DNA from: a virus
DNA: 64,000 nucleotides
Reading direction: 5' to 3' (one strand)
Virus record (IMG/VR): IMGVR_UViG_3300046804_004438
Coordinates: 32,001 to 96,000 of that record
Part shown: positions 56,464-64,000 of the stretch, in pieces
Numbering within the stretch: the first letter of the stretch is position 1
Layout: each line of letters begins with the position of its first letter
Made by a program: the position numbers and the translations under genes
Notes under the pieces: model-generated
Told to the model about the DNA's origin: nothing
Databases searched by the model: none
Seen by the model: only the letters and a program-made list of their open reading frames with translations

Positions 56464-57231
56464 TTATTGTAAATTAGTCCACTGCTTTTTATCTGGATCT
56501 GTATTTTCCAGTACCTTTAGATCACCTGGGATCATAGGACTAAAGTCAATCTTTGTTTCCTGCTCAATTTTTTGCACAGAAACCACATACTTAGGAAGGT
56601 CTTTTACTTCCAACTTCTCATTTGGGAATATAAAACCAATCATCTTTTTATTAGTTGGATCTATAACAATTTTGAATAGTCTTGTTGGCACTGCTACTTT
56701 GTTAGGACCAATAGTCTTATATCCGTTGTCATAGATTGATCCCTGAATCACATAAAGATCTGCACCCTTGACAACCCAGTCTCTCACAAATACTTCCAAC
56801 TGTTTCCATATTCCTCTGTTATTGCCAGGATTCTGAGGAACCATGTTAGAAAGAAGAAATGATTCAGACATTGCTTGTTTGTTGGCACCATTGTTGGCAG
56901 CAGGACTCATATGACCTCGATCGTAACCAGCACTATTGTAGTCTTGTAGAGTTGATTGAAATTCTGGTTTAATTTCCGGATCTGGTCTGAAATCTTCTGT
57001 GCGAGGTTCTTCACCAATACGAGTCTTAGATACATGTTCGGCAACATAGAGAGGATTTTTATATACTGTACTATATGCTACAGCATAACCTGCACGACAA
57101 AGATACTGTATGTTTTCCTTTACAAGAGGAACTGGTGCACCCCATTGTACATGTTGTGGGCATTTATCATCAATAGGATTAGCAAATGCTAATGTTGGAA
57201 AAAATAGTAAAGCTAATAATAACTTTTTCAT
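56464..57231 (-). CDS. secreted DNA/RNA non-specific endonuclease (NucA/EndoG family)
   Basis: signal peptide; GYDRGHMSP, FLLSNMVPQ, NRGIWKQLE. Confidence 0.92.
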   Translation of the reverse strand: MKKLLLALLFFPTLAFANPIDDKCPQHVQWGAPVPLVKENIQYLCRAGYAVAYSTVYKNPLYVAEHVSKTRIGEEPRTEDFRPDPEIKPEFQSTLQDYNSAGYDRGHMSPAANNGANKQAMSESFLLSNMVPQNPGNNRGIWKQLEVFVRDWVVKGADLYVIQGSIYDNGYKTIGPNKVAVPTRLFKIVIDPTNKKMIGFIFPNEKLEVKDLPKYVVSVQKIEQETKIDFSPMIPGDLKVLENTDPDKKQWTNLQ

Positions 57232-57241
57232 TCTGTATTCC

Positions 57242-58276
57242 TTATGTAACGAGCCAATCTGGTCGACTCAATGTCCAATCAACAACTTGTTTTATTCGTT
57301 CAGTCAATTCAATTTTTGGTTCCCAACCCATTGCCTTCATTCTCTCTCCACTCAGTGCATATCTGAGATCGTGACCAGGACGAGAAGAATGGAAGTCAAC
57401 TAATTCATACTTTAATTCTTTGCCCTGAGCATCAGCAATAATTTGAGCCAGCTGTAGATTATTTATTTCTTGTTTTCCAACGATGTTAAACTTAGGACAC
57501 TTAACACCAGATGTAGAAGTATCGTTAGGATCATTGTTTGTTTCTGCATTATTAATCAAAAACATAATAGCATCAGCAACATCTACAGCATGTATGTAGT
57601 GTCTGCTTCCTGGAATTGTTCTGGATGCATCAGAATGTACTGTGATAGTCTCACCATCTCTGATTTTCTTGATACATTTTGGAATATACTTCTCTGGATG
57701 CTGTCTTTCACCAAACACATTCATCGTATGTGTAACTATGATAGGAAGTTTGTATGTATTGTGGTATGCAACTGCCAACTCTTCACCACCTGCTTTGGTT
57801 GCAGAATATGGATTGGTTGAATTGTAACGATCGTATTCATCATAATTGACACCGTGTGGTGCAGGACCAAATACTTCGTCTGTTGAGAAGTAAATAAACT
57901 TTTCTAATGATCCATTACAACTGCGTGCATATTCTAAAATATTACATGTTGCCACAACATTATCAAGAACAAACTCCATGGGATAATCAATAGAGCGATC
58001 GACATGACTACCAGCGGCAAGATGAACGACAATATCGATTGGCCCAATACGAGAAGCAGTAAGAGGAGTAATTGCTGCCTTAAGGTCATGATATACAATC
58101 CTCACTCTGTGTTTGTTAGGATTATCTTTTACTAGATCATGAAGACGATTCAAGTTACCAGAAAAATCTAAACGATCTAATGTTACAATATTCCAATCTG
58201 TATTATTAAGAAAATAATTTACAACATGATGTGCAACAAATCCTGCACCACCAGTAATCAAAACATTTTTACTCAT
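57242..58276 (-). CDS. dTDP-glucose 4,6-dehydratase-like
   Basis: TGGAGF, HLAAGSHVDRSI, STDEVFG, YSATK, RPGHDLRY. Confidence 0.92.
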   Translation of the reverse strand: MSKNVLITGGAGFVAHHVVNYFLNNTDWNIVTLDRLDFSGNLNRLHDLVKDNPNKHRVRIVYHDLKAAITPLTASRIGPIDIVVHLAAGSHVDRSIDYPMEFVLDNVVATCNILEYARSCNGSLEKFIYFSTDEVFGPAPHGVNYDEYDRYNSTNPYSATKAGGEELAVAYHNTYKLPIIVTHTMNVFGERQHPEKYIPKCIKKIRDGETITVHSDASRTIPGSRHYIHAVDVADAIMFLINNAETNNDPNDTSTSGVKCPKFNIVGKQEINNLQLAQIIADAQGKELKYELVDFHSSRPGHDLRYALSGERMKAMGWEPKIELTERIKQVVDWTLSRPDWLVT

Positions 58277-58911
58277 TATTTTTCAACCTTATATAACCAA
58301 CTGTCCCAACCACCAGATTCATAAACTTTAATATTTTGTTTACCTAATATTTCATTTACTGCTAGATATACACCATGATCTGCATGTCCTGGTGTACTTA
58401 CATAATCATGTCCTCCAATAGAGCCACCTTTTTTAATTTTAGGTAGCCAAGCTAATATATCTGCTTTTACATTTTCATATTTGTGAGAAGCATCTATAAA
58501 AACAAAATCAACTGATCCATCTTCAAATAATGTAGAAGCTTCAACACTATCATTAATTATAGTCGTCAAGTAATCAGAAATAGGATCTGTGTTTATTGTA
58601 TATTCATTATATAACATACCATCTAAAACAGATTGATCATTGACCATATGTTCGTCTGGAGAACCTTCGAAAGTATCTACACCATAAAATTTAATATTTT
58701 TATTTCTGTTTATACCTTCAACAACAGCATAACTTATAGATTTACCCTTCCATACTCCAACTTCCACAAATATAGAATTGTCTGTGATATTGTCTAACAC
58801 ATCATTATATAATTGTTCAAAATTAAAGAAACCTGGAACGGTATGGAAGAAATGTTCCATATCTATTCGCCTATAATGAATGCATTTCCAAATTGGTGTG
58901 TCTTGGTCCAA
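58276..58911 (-). CDS. class I SAM methyltransferase (Methyltransf_24-like)
   Basis: [23 protein letters not shown]; likely start MEHFF. Confidence 0.85.
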   Translation of the reverse strand: MDQDTPIWKCIHYRRIDMEHFFHTVPGFFNFEQLYNDVLDNITDNSIFVEVGVWKGKSISYAVVEGINRNKNIKFYGVDTFEGSPDEHMVNDQSVLDGMLYNEYTINTDPISDYLTTIINDSVEASTLFEDGSVDFVFIDASHKYENVKADILAWLPKIKKGGSIGGHDYVSTPGHADHGVYLAVNEILGKQNIKVYESGGWDSWLYKVEK

Positions 58912-59474
58912 TTGCCTTTGAGATGTCCCATCTGATAATCAAAGAACTTAATCTTAAATCCAGCATCACCCAATGCTTTCAACCAGAACTCTTCTGGCTC
59001 TCTAATCACATGGGTTACATCCATCTCATATTGTCGAATACGAAACTTCTTATTGTCTCCCAATGGTACAGCAACAAGAATATTTCTACAACGAATACGA
59101 AATGCTTTCAATATACTTGGTAGCACATCATATGGCACATGCTCTAGAACATCCTTTGCCATGATTAAATCGTAGTTGCCTTTAATATCATCTACACTAT
59201 TAATAATGCTAAGATAGTCTTTTACTTCTGGCATACCTGCATTAACAGCATAATCTGAAATATCAACACCGTATGCTTCTTTACCAAGAAGTCTCATTGC
59301 ATATACCATAAAACCCTTTGCACAACCAAAATCTAGTACAGTCTCAAAATTAATCTTTTCAATAATTGAAGTCGCTTCACGAATAGTACGCTCAGGCATC
59401 CAGCGATAGTTTTCATAACCACTGATGTGATTATTAATACCATCCTCATAATATTTCTCATCAAATATATTCAT
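58863..59474 (-). CDS. class I SAM methyltransferase
   Basis: [19 protein letters not shown]. Confidence 0.85.
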   Translation of the reverse strand: MNIFDEKYYEDGINNHISGYENYRWMPERTIREATSIIEKINFETVLDFGCAKGFMVYAMRLLGKEAYGVDISDYAVNAGMPEVKDYLSIINSVDDIKGNYDLIMAKDVLEHVPYDVLPSILKAFRIRCRNILVAVPLGDNKKFRIRQYEMDVTHVIREPEEFWLKALGDAGFKIKFFDYQMGHLKGNWTKTHQFGNAFIIGE

Positions 59475-59486
59475 AATAAAATCCTT

Positions 59487-60578
59487 TTACGCAAATTCGT
59501 TATGTCTTGTCTCTGTTACGATATCATCGATCAATTCGTTCTGAAGAGCATACTTACAGAATGAGCAGTTGTGATGTCTACGCTTATCATTGGCATCATC
59601 ACCATCAATTGAATTATAATAATCTAAAATAGTATCGATGTTTGCAATCTTAAATTGTGGGTGAACCATATAACCATTTTCTGGTGCAAGTTCTGCAGAA
59701 GGGCAAACATACACATTACCGTCAGTAAACACGCAAGGCTTGACCATATGCATGTAGCAATGATCATTACGACGTGTACCTTTGAAGTTAAAATCAGAAA
59801 GGAATGCAAATTTTAGAGGACCATTTTCTGCTTCAAAATTGTTTAGAATACCACGAATCTTTTCAATATCTTTTGCAGTTTCTTTTGTATCTTTGATTGC
59901 ATTAAAAGCAATACGACAAGGAATTTTCTTTTCTTCGACCCACTTGAGCATACGTATGAAGTTTTCTTCCTTGTATGTATTCTTAGAAAGTACTTTCTTA
60001 CCTGCAAGCTCACTACCAGTATCTAACCACTGTCCTGTGATGTTAGGATTTGTTGATGTCTCCAATGCACCATCCCATACATATGCAGCTGAGATCTCAA
60101 TGTTTGTTAGACCTTCAAATACTGAAAGGTCGTAATCATAACCTTCATCAAAGCCGTACATACCAAGACGAACCCATGATACCTTATCCCAGTTCTTGAT
60201 TTTCTTTAGACGTGAACCATTGGTGACGATACCAATTTTGATACCTTTTGCATGAATGTAGTCAATCATGAAGTTGAGATCGGGATGGAGAGTAGGTTCA
60301 CCACCACCAGTGAATTCCATACCAAGAACACCAAGTTCATGAAACTGATCAACAGCTTTCATCATTTGTTCTTTGGTAAGCATTTCTTTTAGGTTACGGT
60401 TTGCAAAGCAACAGAATGAGCAAGTCAAGTTACATGGATTACATGGCGACATGTGAAACATTACTGGCTTTGGTCTACCACCTTTTTGGATAATAGAAAG
60501 CCTATCCATGTGCTTGAGAAGCTTGACATGATTACTTGTGTAGCTTCTGCCTTGAACTTTGGTTTCCATCTCATGCAT
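59487..60578 (-). CDS. radical SAM protein
   Basis: CNLTCSFC, FTGGGEP, VTNG; C-terminal Cys cluster (C..GNVYVC..CSFC). Confidence 0.9.
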   Translation of the reverse strand: MHEMETKVQGRSYTSNHVKLLKHMDRLSIIQKGGRPKPVMFHMSPCNPCNLTCSFCCFANRNLKEMLTKEQMMKAVDQFHELGVLGMEFTGGGEPTLHPDLNFMIDYIHAKGIKIGIVTNGSRLKKIKNWDKVSWVRLGMYGFDEGYDYDLSVFEGLTNIEISAAYVWDGALETSTNPNITGQWLDTGSELAGKKVLSKNTYKEENFIRMLKWVEEKKIPCRIAFNAIKDTKETAKDIEKIRGILNNFEAENGPLKFAFLSDFNFKGTRRNDHCYMHMVKPCVFTDGNVYVCPSAELAPENGYMVHPQFKIANIDTILDYYNSIDGDDANDKRRHHNCSFCKYALQNELIDDIVTETRHNEFA

Positions 60579-60590
60579 AATTTATTTTCC

Positions 60591-61205
60591 TTATTGTTTA
60601 ACCCAATACCAGACATTGTCTCGGCATGTTGCAATTGGAGGATAATTACCTTCTGATCTAAATTTATTTAGAGCAGAATTTACTGCCTGCATTCCATAAT
60701 CATGGCCTGAAAAAATTCCACCTTTTCTCACTTTAGGATAGAAATTTTTACAATCTCTGTATACAGATTCTTCTGAATGATCTCCATCTATAAAAATATA
60801 ATCTAAAGATTCATCGGGATAATCACCTAGAATGTTTTCACATCTATCTTTGATAAGTAAAATTCTACCTTCAAATTGTTTTGTATTTTCAATAGCTGCT
60901 TGATGTTGTGCTGACAGAATATCTTCACCAACAAAAGTATTCCAATCCTGAAAAGGAATATATGGATCTACTCCAATCAGATGAAGATTGGGTATATTGC
61001 TTAAAAAATTATAAATGTTCCATCCACTAGCTACTCCTATTTCCATTCCAACTATTGGAGTGTTAATATCAGGGGATAGTTGTTTAACAACATTAATCAA
61101 ATCAGGAGCAGAAAAATATTTTTTACTTTCCCATTCATTTCTATCTATAAGTTCAGAAATCAACCAAGGATAAAGTTCTGATGTAGGGTTGTCTATCACA
61201 CTCAT
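60591..61205 (-). CDS. class I SAM methyltransferase (Methyltransf_24-like)
   Basis: EIGVASG, DYIFIDGDH, GHDY. Confidence 0.85.
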   Translation of the reverse strand: MSVIDNPTSELYPWLISELIDRNEWESKKYFSAPDLINVVKQLSPDINTPIVGMEIGVASGWNIYNFLSNIPNLHLIGVDPYIPFQDWNTFVGEDILSAQHQAAIENTKQFEGRILLIKDRCENILGDYPDESLDYIFIDGDHSEESVYRDCKNFYPKVRKGGIFSGHDYGMQAVNSALNKFRSEGNYPPIATCRDNVWYWVKQ

Positions 61206-61207
61206 TA

Positions 61208-61996
61208 TTAGCTTGTCCTGTAAATAAAATAATTGGGTTGATGATTTGGATTATCAACATAACCATAAATCATGAATTGTCTTTGAAAAGGTCCAGTATC
61301 GATGTCGTATTGGTGCTTCATGAACTTAGGAAATATATCATTTAAAATATGATTCATTTCCTGTTCTGCTTCTGTTCTATCATAGTAGCTTGGAATGTAT
61401 CCATAAAAAGAAGCAGGAGGATGAAACATTGTTCTGTCATGAACAATCATAGACTTTTCATTCAATATTGTCGATAAAATTAGATCTAATCCATAACCAG
61501 ACTTACATACATGAAACTTATAGAATTCTAAAAAAGTAGGAATTAATGAAGTATGGATGAATGGTCCCATCCCTTCATTAAAGTTAGTCACAGTAAGAAT
61601 TTTGGACGGATCATTACCAACTATTTGATGAGTATACTCTGAAGATGGATGAACAGACAACTGAAATAATTTGATATTGTTTTCCCTTGCAAGGTCTAGT
61701 CCATGATTAATACTTTCAATATCAGTTATCATGTCATCATCAAAGAACCCAATATATTCATATTGTGTATAATCAATAGAATTTAAAAACTGATATGCAA
61801 GTTCCCATTTGAATCCTTTTGCCTTAACCAAATAATCATATGTGTTAGGTTCAATTTCTATTTCATCTTTATATTGGTACACATACGTTTCATATTGTCT
61901 CTCTGGCTTCGTATATCTCCAATGATTTTCTTTGTCATACAAATCAGGATGGTTGTATACGGGGATGCCAACTGGAACAAAGATGGCACTCTTCAT
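61208..61996 (-). CDS. glycosyltransferase-like protein (DUF707-like)
   Basis: KGFKW..YEYIGFFDDD..TNFNEGMGP..GYGLD. Confidence 0.6.
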   Translation of the reverse strand: MKSAIFVPVGIPVYNHPDLYDKENHWRYTKPERQYETYVYQYKDEIEIEPNTYDYLVKAKGFKWELAYQFLNSIDYTQYEYIGFFDDDMITDIESINHGLDLARENNIKLFQLSVHPSSEYTHQIVGNDPSKILTVTNFNEGMGPFIHTSLIPTFLEFYKFHVCKSGYGLDLILSTILNEKSMIVHDRTMFHPPASFYGYIPSYYDRTEAEQEMNHILNDIFPKFMKHQYDIDTGPFQRQFMIYGYVDNPNHQPNYFIYRTS

Positions 61997-62931
61997 TGCC
62001 TATTTTCCCTAATATAATCTGCAATGAAATATTCTGGTGACCAACCTAACAAATTCTTAGCTTTGGAAATATCTGCTAATGTTACTTTAGCTTCACCAAC
62101 TCTTGGTTCTATCATAACTTGATTGGATGATATCATATCAGCTAATTCTTTGACGGAATGATTTGTACCTGTTCCAATATTAATCAGTTCGCCGTGAACT
62201 TTACTTTCCATTGCTAAGATGTTTGCTCTTACTACATCATAGACATGAGTAAAGTCTCTTCTTTGATTTCCATCAGGAACAATTGTAAGAGGTACACCTG
62301 CTTTGTATTGTCTTAGAAACAAACCTACAACAGGTGCATATGGACCTTTTAATGGTTCTCTTGGTCCATATACATTAAAATATCTAAACCATAATGTTCT
62401 CAGACCAAACAAATCATTGTACATCTTGCAAAGCTTTTCACCTGATACCTTTGCAACAGAATATGGATTGAGACAATCATCTTGCATTTCTTCATTAAGA
62501 GGAGGATCATTTTTTAAACCATATCCAGAAGATGTGGAAGAATATATAACCTTCCTTACACCAGCCTCACGTGAACATTGCAGGACTACACCTGTACCAT
62601 ATGTGTTAGTTCTGATGGCAAGGAGAGGATTGTTAATTGCAGGTTGTATTCTTGACTCTGCTGCACAATGAAATACAGTATCCACTCCATTGTATAATTT
62701 TCTTGTAGCATCATAGTCAGCAATGTCTGCCATAACATACTTTGCATTATCATTGTAATAAAACTGATCATGAACTGTTGCACTTTCATTATCAATTACA
62801 ATAACATCATAACCAAGATCAATTAATCTATCGACAAGATGTGAGCCAATAAATCCTGCTCCACCTGTTACCAAACAAGTTTTATTATTATGCATATTTT
62901 TCACCCAATATTCTATTCCACTCTGGTACAC
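61993..62931 (-). CDS. NAD-dependent sugar epimerase/dehydratase
   Basis: TGGAGFIGSH, YSVAK, RYFNVYG, RDFTHV. Confidence 0.92.
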   Translation of the reverse strand: MYQSGIEYWVKNMHNNKTCLVTGGAGFIGSHLVDRLIDLGYDVIVIDNESATVHDQFYYNDNAKYVMADIADYDATRKLYNGVDTVFHCAAESRIQPAINNPLLAIRTNTYGTGVVLQCSREAGVRKVIYSSTSSGYGLKNDPPLNEEMQDDCLNPYSVAKVSGEKLCKMYNDLFGLRTLWFRYFNVYGPREPLKGPYAPVVGLFLRQYKAGVPLTIVPDGNQRRDFTHVYDVVRANILAMESKVHGELINIGTGTNHSVKELADMISSNQVMIEPRVGEAKVTLADISKAKNLLGWSPEYFIADYIRENRQ

Positions 62932-63814
62932 GATTAAACTGATGTACCATCACATACTTCTCACCCTTACTGTTGTATACATGATTGCCATCAAAAATTG
63001 GTTCAGGACTCATCAAGTGAGGTCTGAATGTATGAATTTTTGAGGGATCAACAGTTGTACCACACTGGCATGCCCAGTTAGTATCATGGTCGTTATATTT
63101 AGTTATAGACTTATAAGGTTCTAAAGTCAACATAAAATTTACACCTGCCTGATCTGGGATAGGATCAAATTTGTCTAGATGTTGAATTGTATGAAATACA
63201 GAAAGAGAAAAGTCAACAAAAGTAGAATGTTCACCTGCCATAGAGCCAGCATTATAGATTGGTTTATCCATCATATAATCTGCAACCATAGGATTAAATA
63301 TCTTTTCTACGACACTCTTTGACCATGCTTCATTTTGATGGGTCAATGCTTCACAGCCATAATTTAATTTTTTATCGCCAAGATTATTTTCTAGCCATTC
63401 TGAAGGATCTGTTTGAAATACAATATCTGTATCACAAGCAATAACATATCTAATATCCTTCATGTCCTTAAGAAAATACCAATAGAAGAAATGACGGGCA
63501 ATGATAGATTTAATAGTAAATCCTGGCTCAAAAATAAAACCATCATTGGAAGGATTTCTAGTCTGAGATGTGAGAAAAACTTCAATTCCATTTTGTTGGA
63601 GTTTATTGATTGTACTATCACTGATGTTAAAAGCTACAATAGCTTTTCTTCCTTTGAATCCACATCTGTTGAGAGAATTGACCCACAATTTAATTTTATC
63701 AAATTCCCAATCTGACAATACACTAATAACCATATCTTTCATAATAAAATCCTTATACCATTTCACCCCAGATAGCCAAGTAATCACTTTGTTGATATTT
63801 CTTATGATCAACAT
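62888..63814 (-). CDS. glycosyltransferase-like (GT-A)
   Basis: DTD motif, FQTDP, YNAG, DQA, VHQFNR; likely start MKDMVI. Confidence 0.7.
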   Translation of the reverse strand: MLIIRNINKVITWLSGVKWYKDFIMKDMVISVLSDWEFDKIKLWVNSLNRCGFKGRKAIVAFNISDSTINKLQQNGIEVFLTSQTRNPSNDGFIFEPGFTIKSIIARHFFYWYFLKDMKDIRYVIACDTDIVFQTDPSEWLENNLGDKKLNYGCEALTHQNEAWSKSVVEKIFNPMVADYMMDKPIYNAGSMAGEHSTFVDFSLSVFHTIQHLDKFDPIPDQAGVNFMLTLEPYKSITKYNDHDTNWACQCGTTVDPSKIHTFRPHLMSPEPIFDGNHVYNSKGEKYVMVHQFNRVPEWNRILGEKYA

Positions 63815-64000
63815 GTTCTAATTTTAGAGTAGTGAATGCTAAGTAACATTCTTTGTCACTTGTCTTGAATTCTTGTCTTGCACCTTTACGAGGTTCAGGA
63901 ATCTCAAACAATCTAAAATCATTTAGTGGTTTTTCTAATTCATATAAGTACATACCAAGTGGTTCATATCCAGCTTGTTTGGAAAAAACTGTTCTGAATA
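63753..64000 (-). CDS. C-terminal part of a gene entering from the right edge
   Basis: frame stays open to the window end. Confidence 0.5.
   Translation of the reverse strand, partial: FRTVFSKQAGYEPLGMYLYELEKPLNDFRLFEIPEPRKGARQEFKTSDKECYLAFTTLKLEHVDHKKYQQSDYLAIWGEMV

Noticed and set aside
1-64000. alternative genetic code or stop-codon reassignment
   Set aside because: Core genes are full length under the standard code; no suppressor tRNA seen

Overview
64 kb segment of a T4-like (large myovirus) phage genome, AT-rich and gene-dense, mostly on the minus strand. The host is most likely an alphaproteobacterium, probably Rhizobiales. This rests on a permuted two-piece tmRNA with tag ANDNFAPSLALAA and an Omp25/RopB-style outer-membrane protein. 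Layout: baseplate/tail genes (gp7, 6, 25, split gp5, 53, 48, 4, 2, 54, 26, 51, tape measure; 1-15180); replication/late-transcription genes (gp32, gp59, gp33, exonuclease, PhoH, RNase H) interrupted by an acyl carrier protein and ketosynthase, with AcpS nearby; a divergent early-promoter region (about 25.8-27.7 kb); nucleotide metabolism (RuvC-like, class II RNR, primase, ThyX); spanins; fibre genes; a block of proteins with T4-type capsid-targeting N-termini; PstS and a porin; three tRNAs; secreted hydrolases; and a sugar/methyltransferase/radical SAM cluster running off the right end. Most striking observations: (1) a 60-codon gene with promoter, RBS and terminator whose mRNA has no G after ATG-G (190 nt with zero C on the + strand); (2) a phage-encoded ACP + ketosynthase + AcpS acyl-assembly set; (3) an apparently capsid-packaged enzyme set (ligase-like, nuclease-like, nucleotidyltransferases, HiPIP); (4) a likely -1 frameshift fusing gp26 and gp51 just before the tape measure. 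All calls come from motif recognition by eye; no database searches were run.
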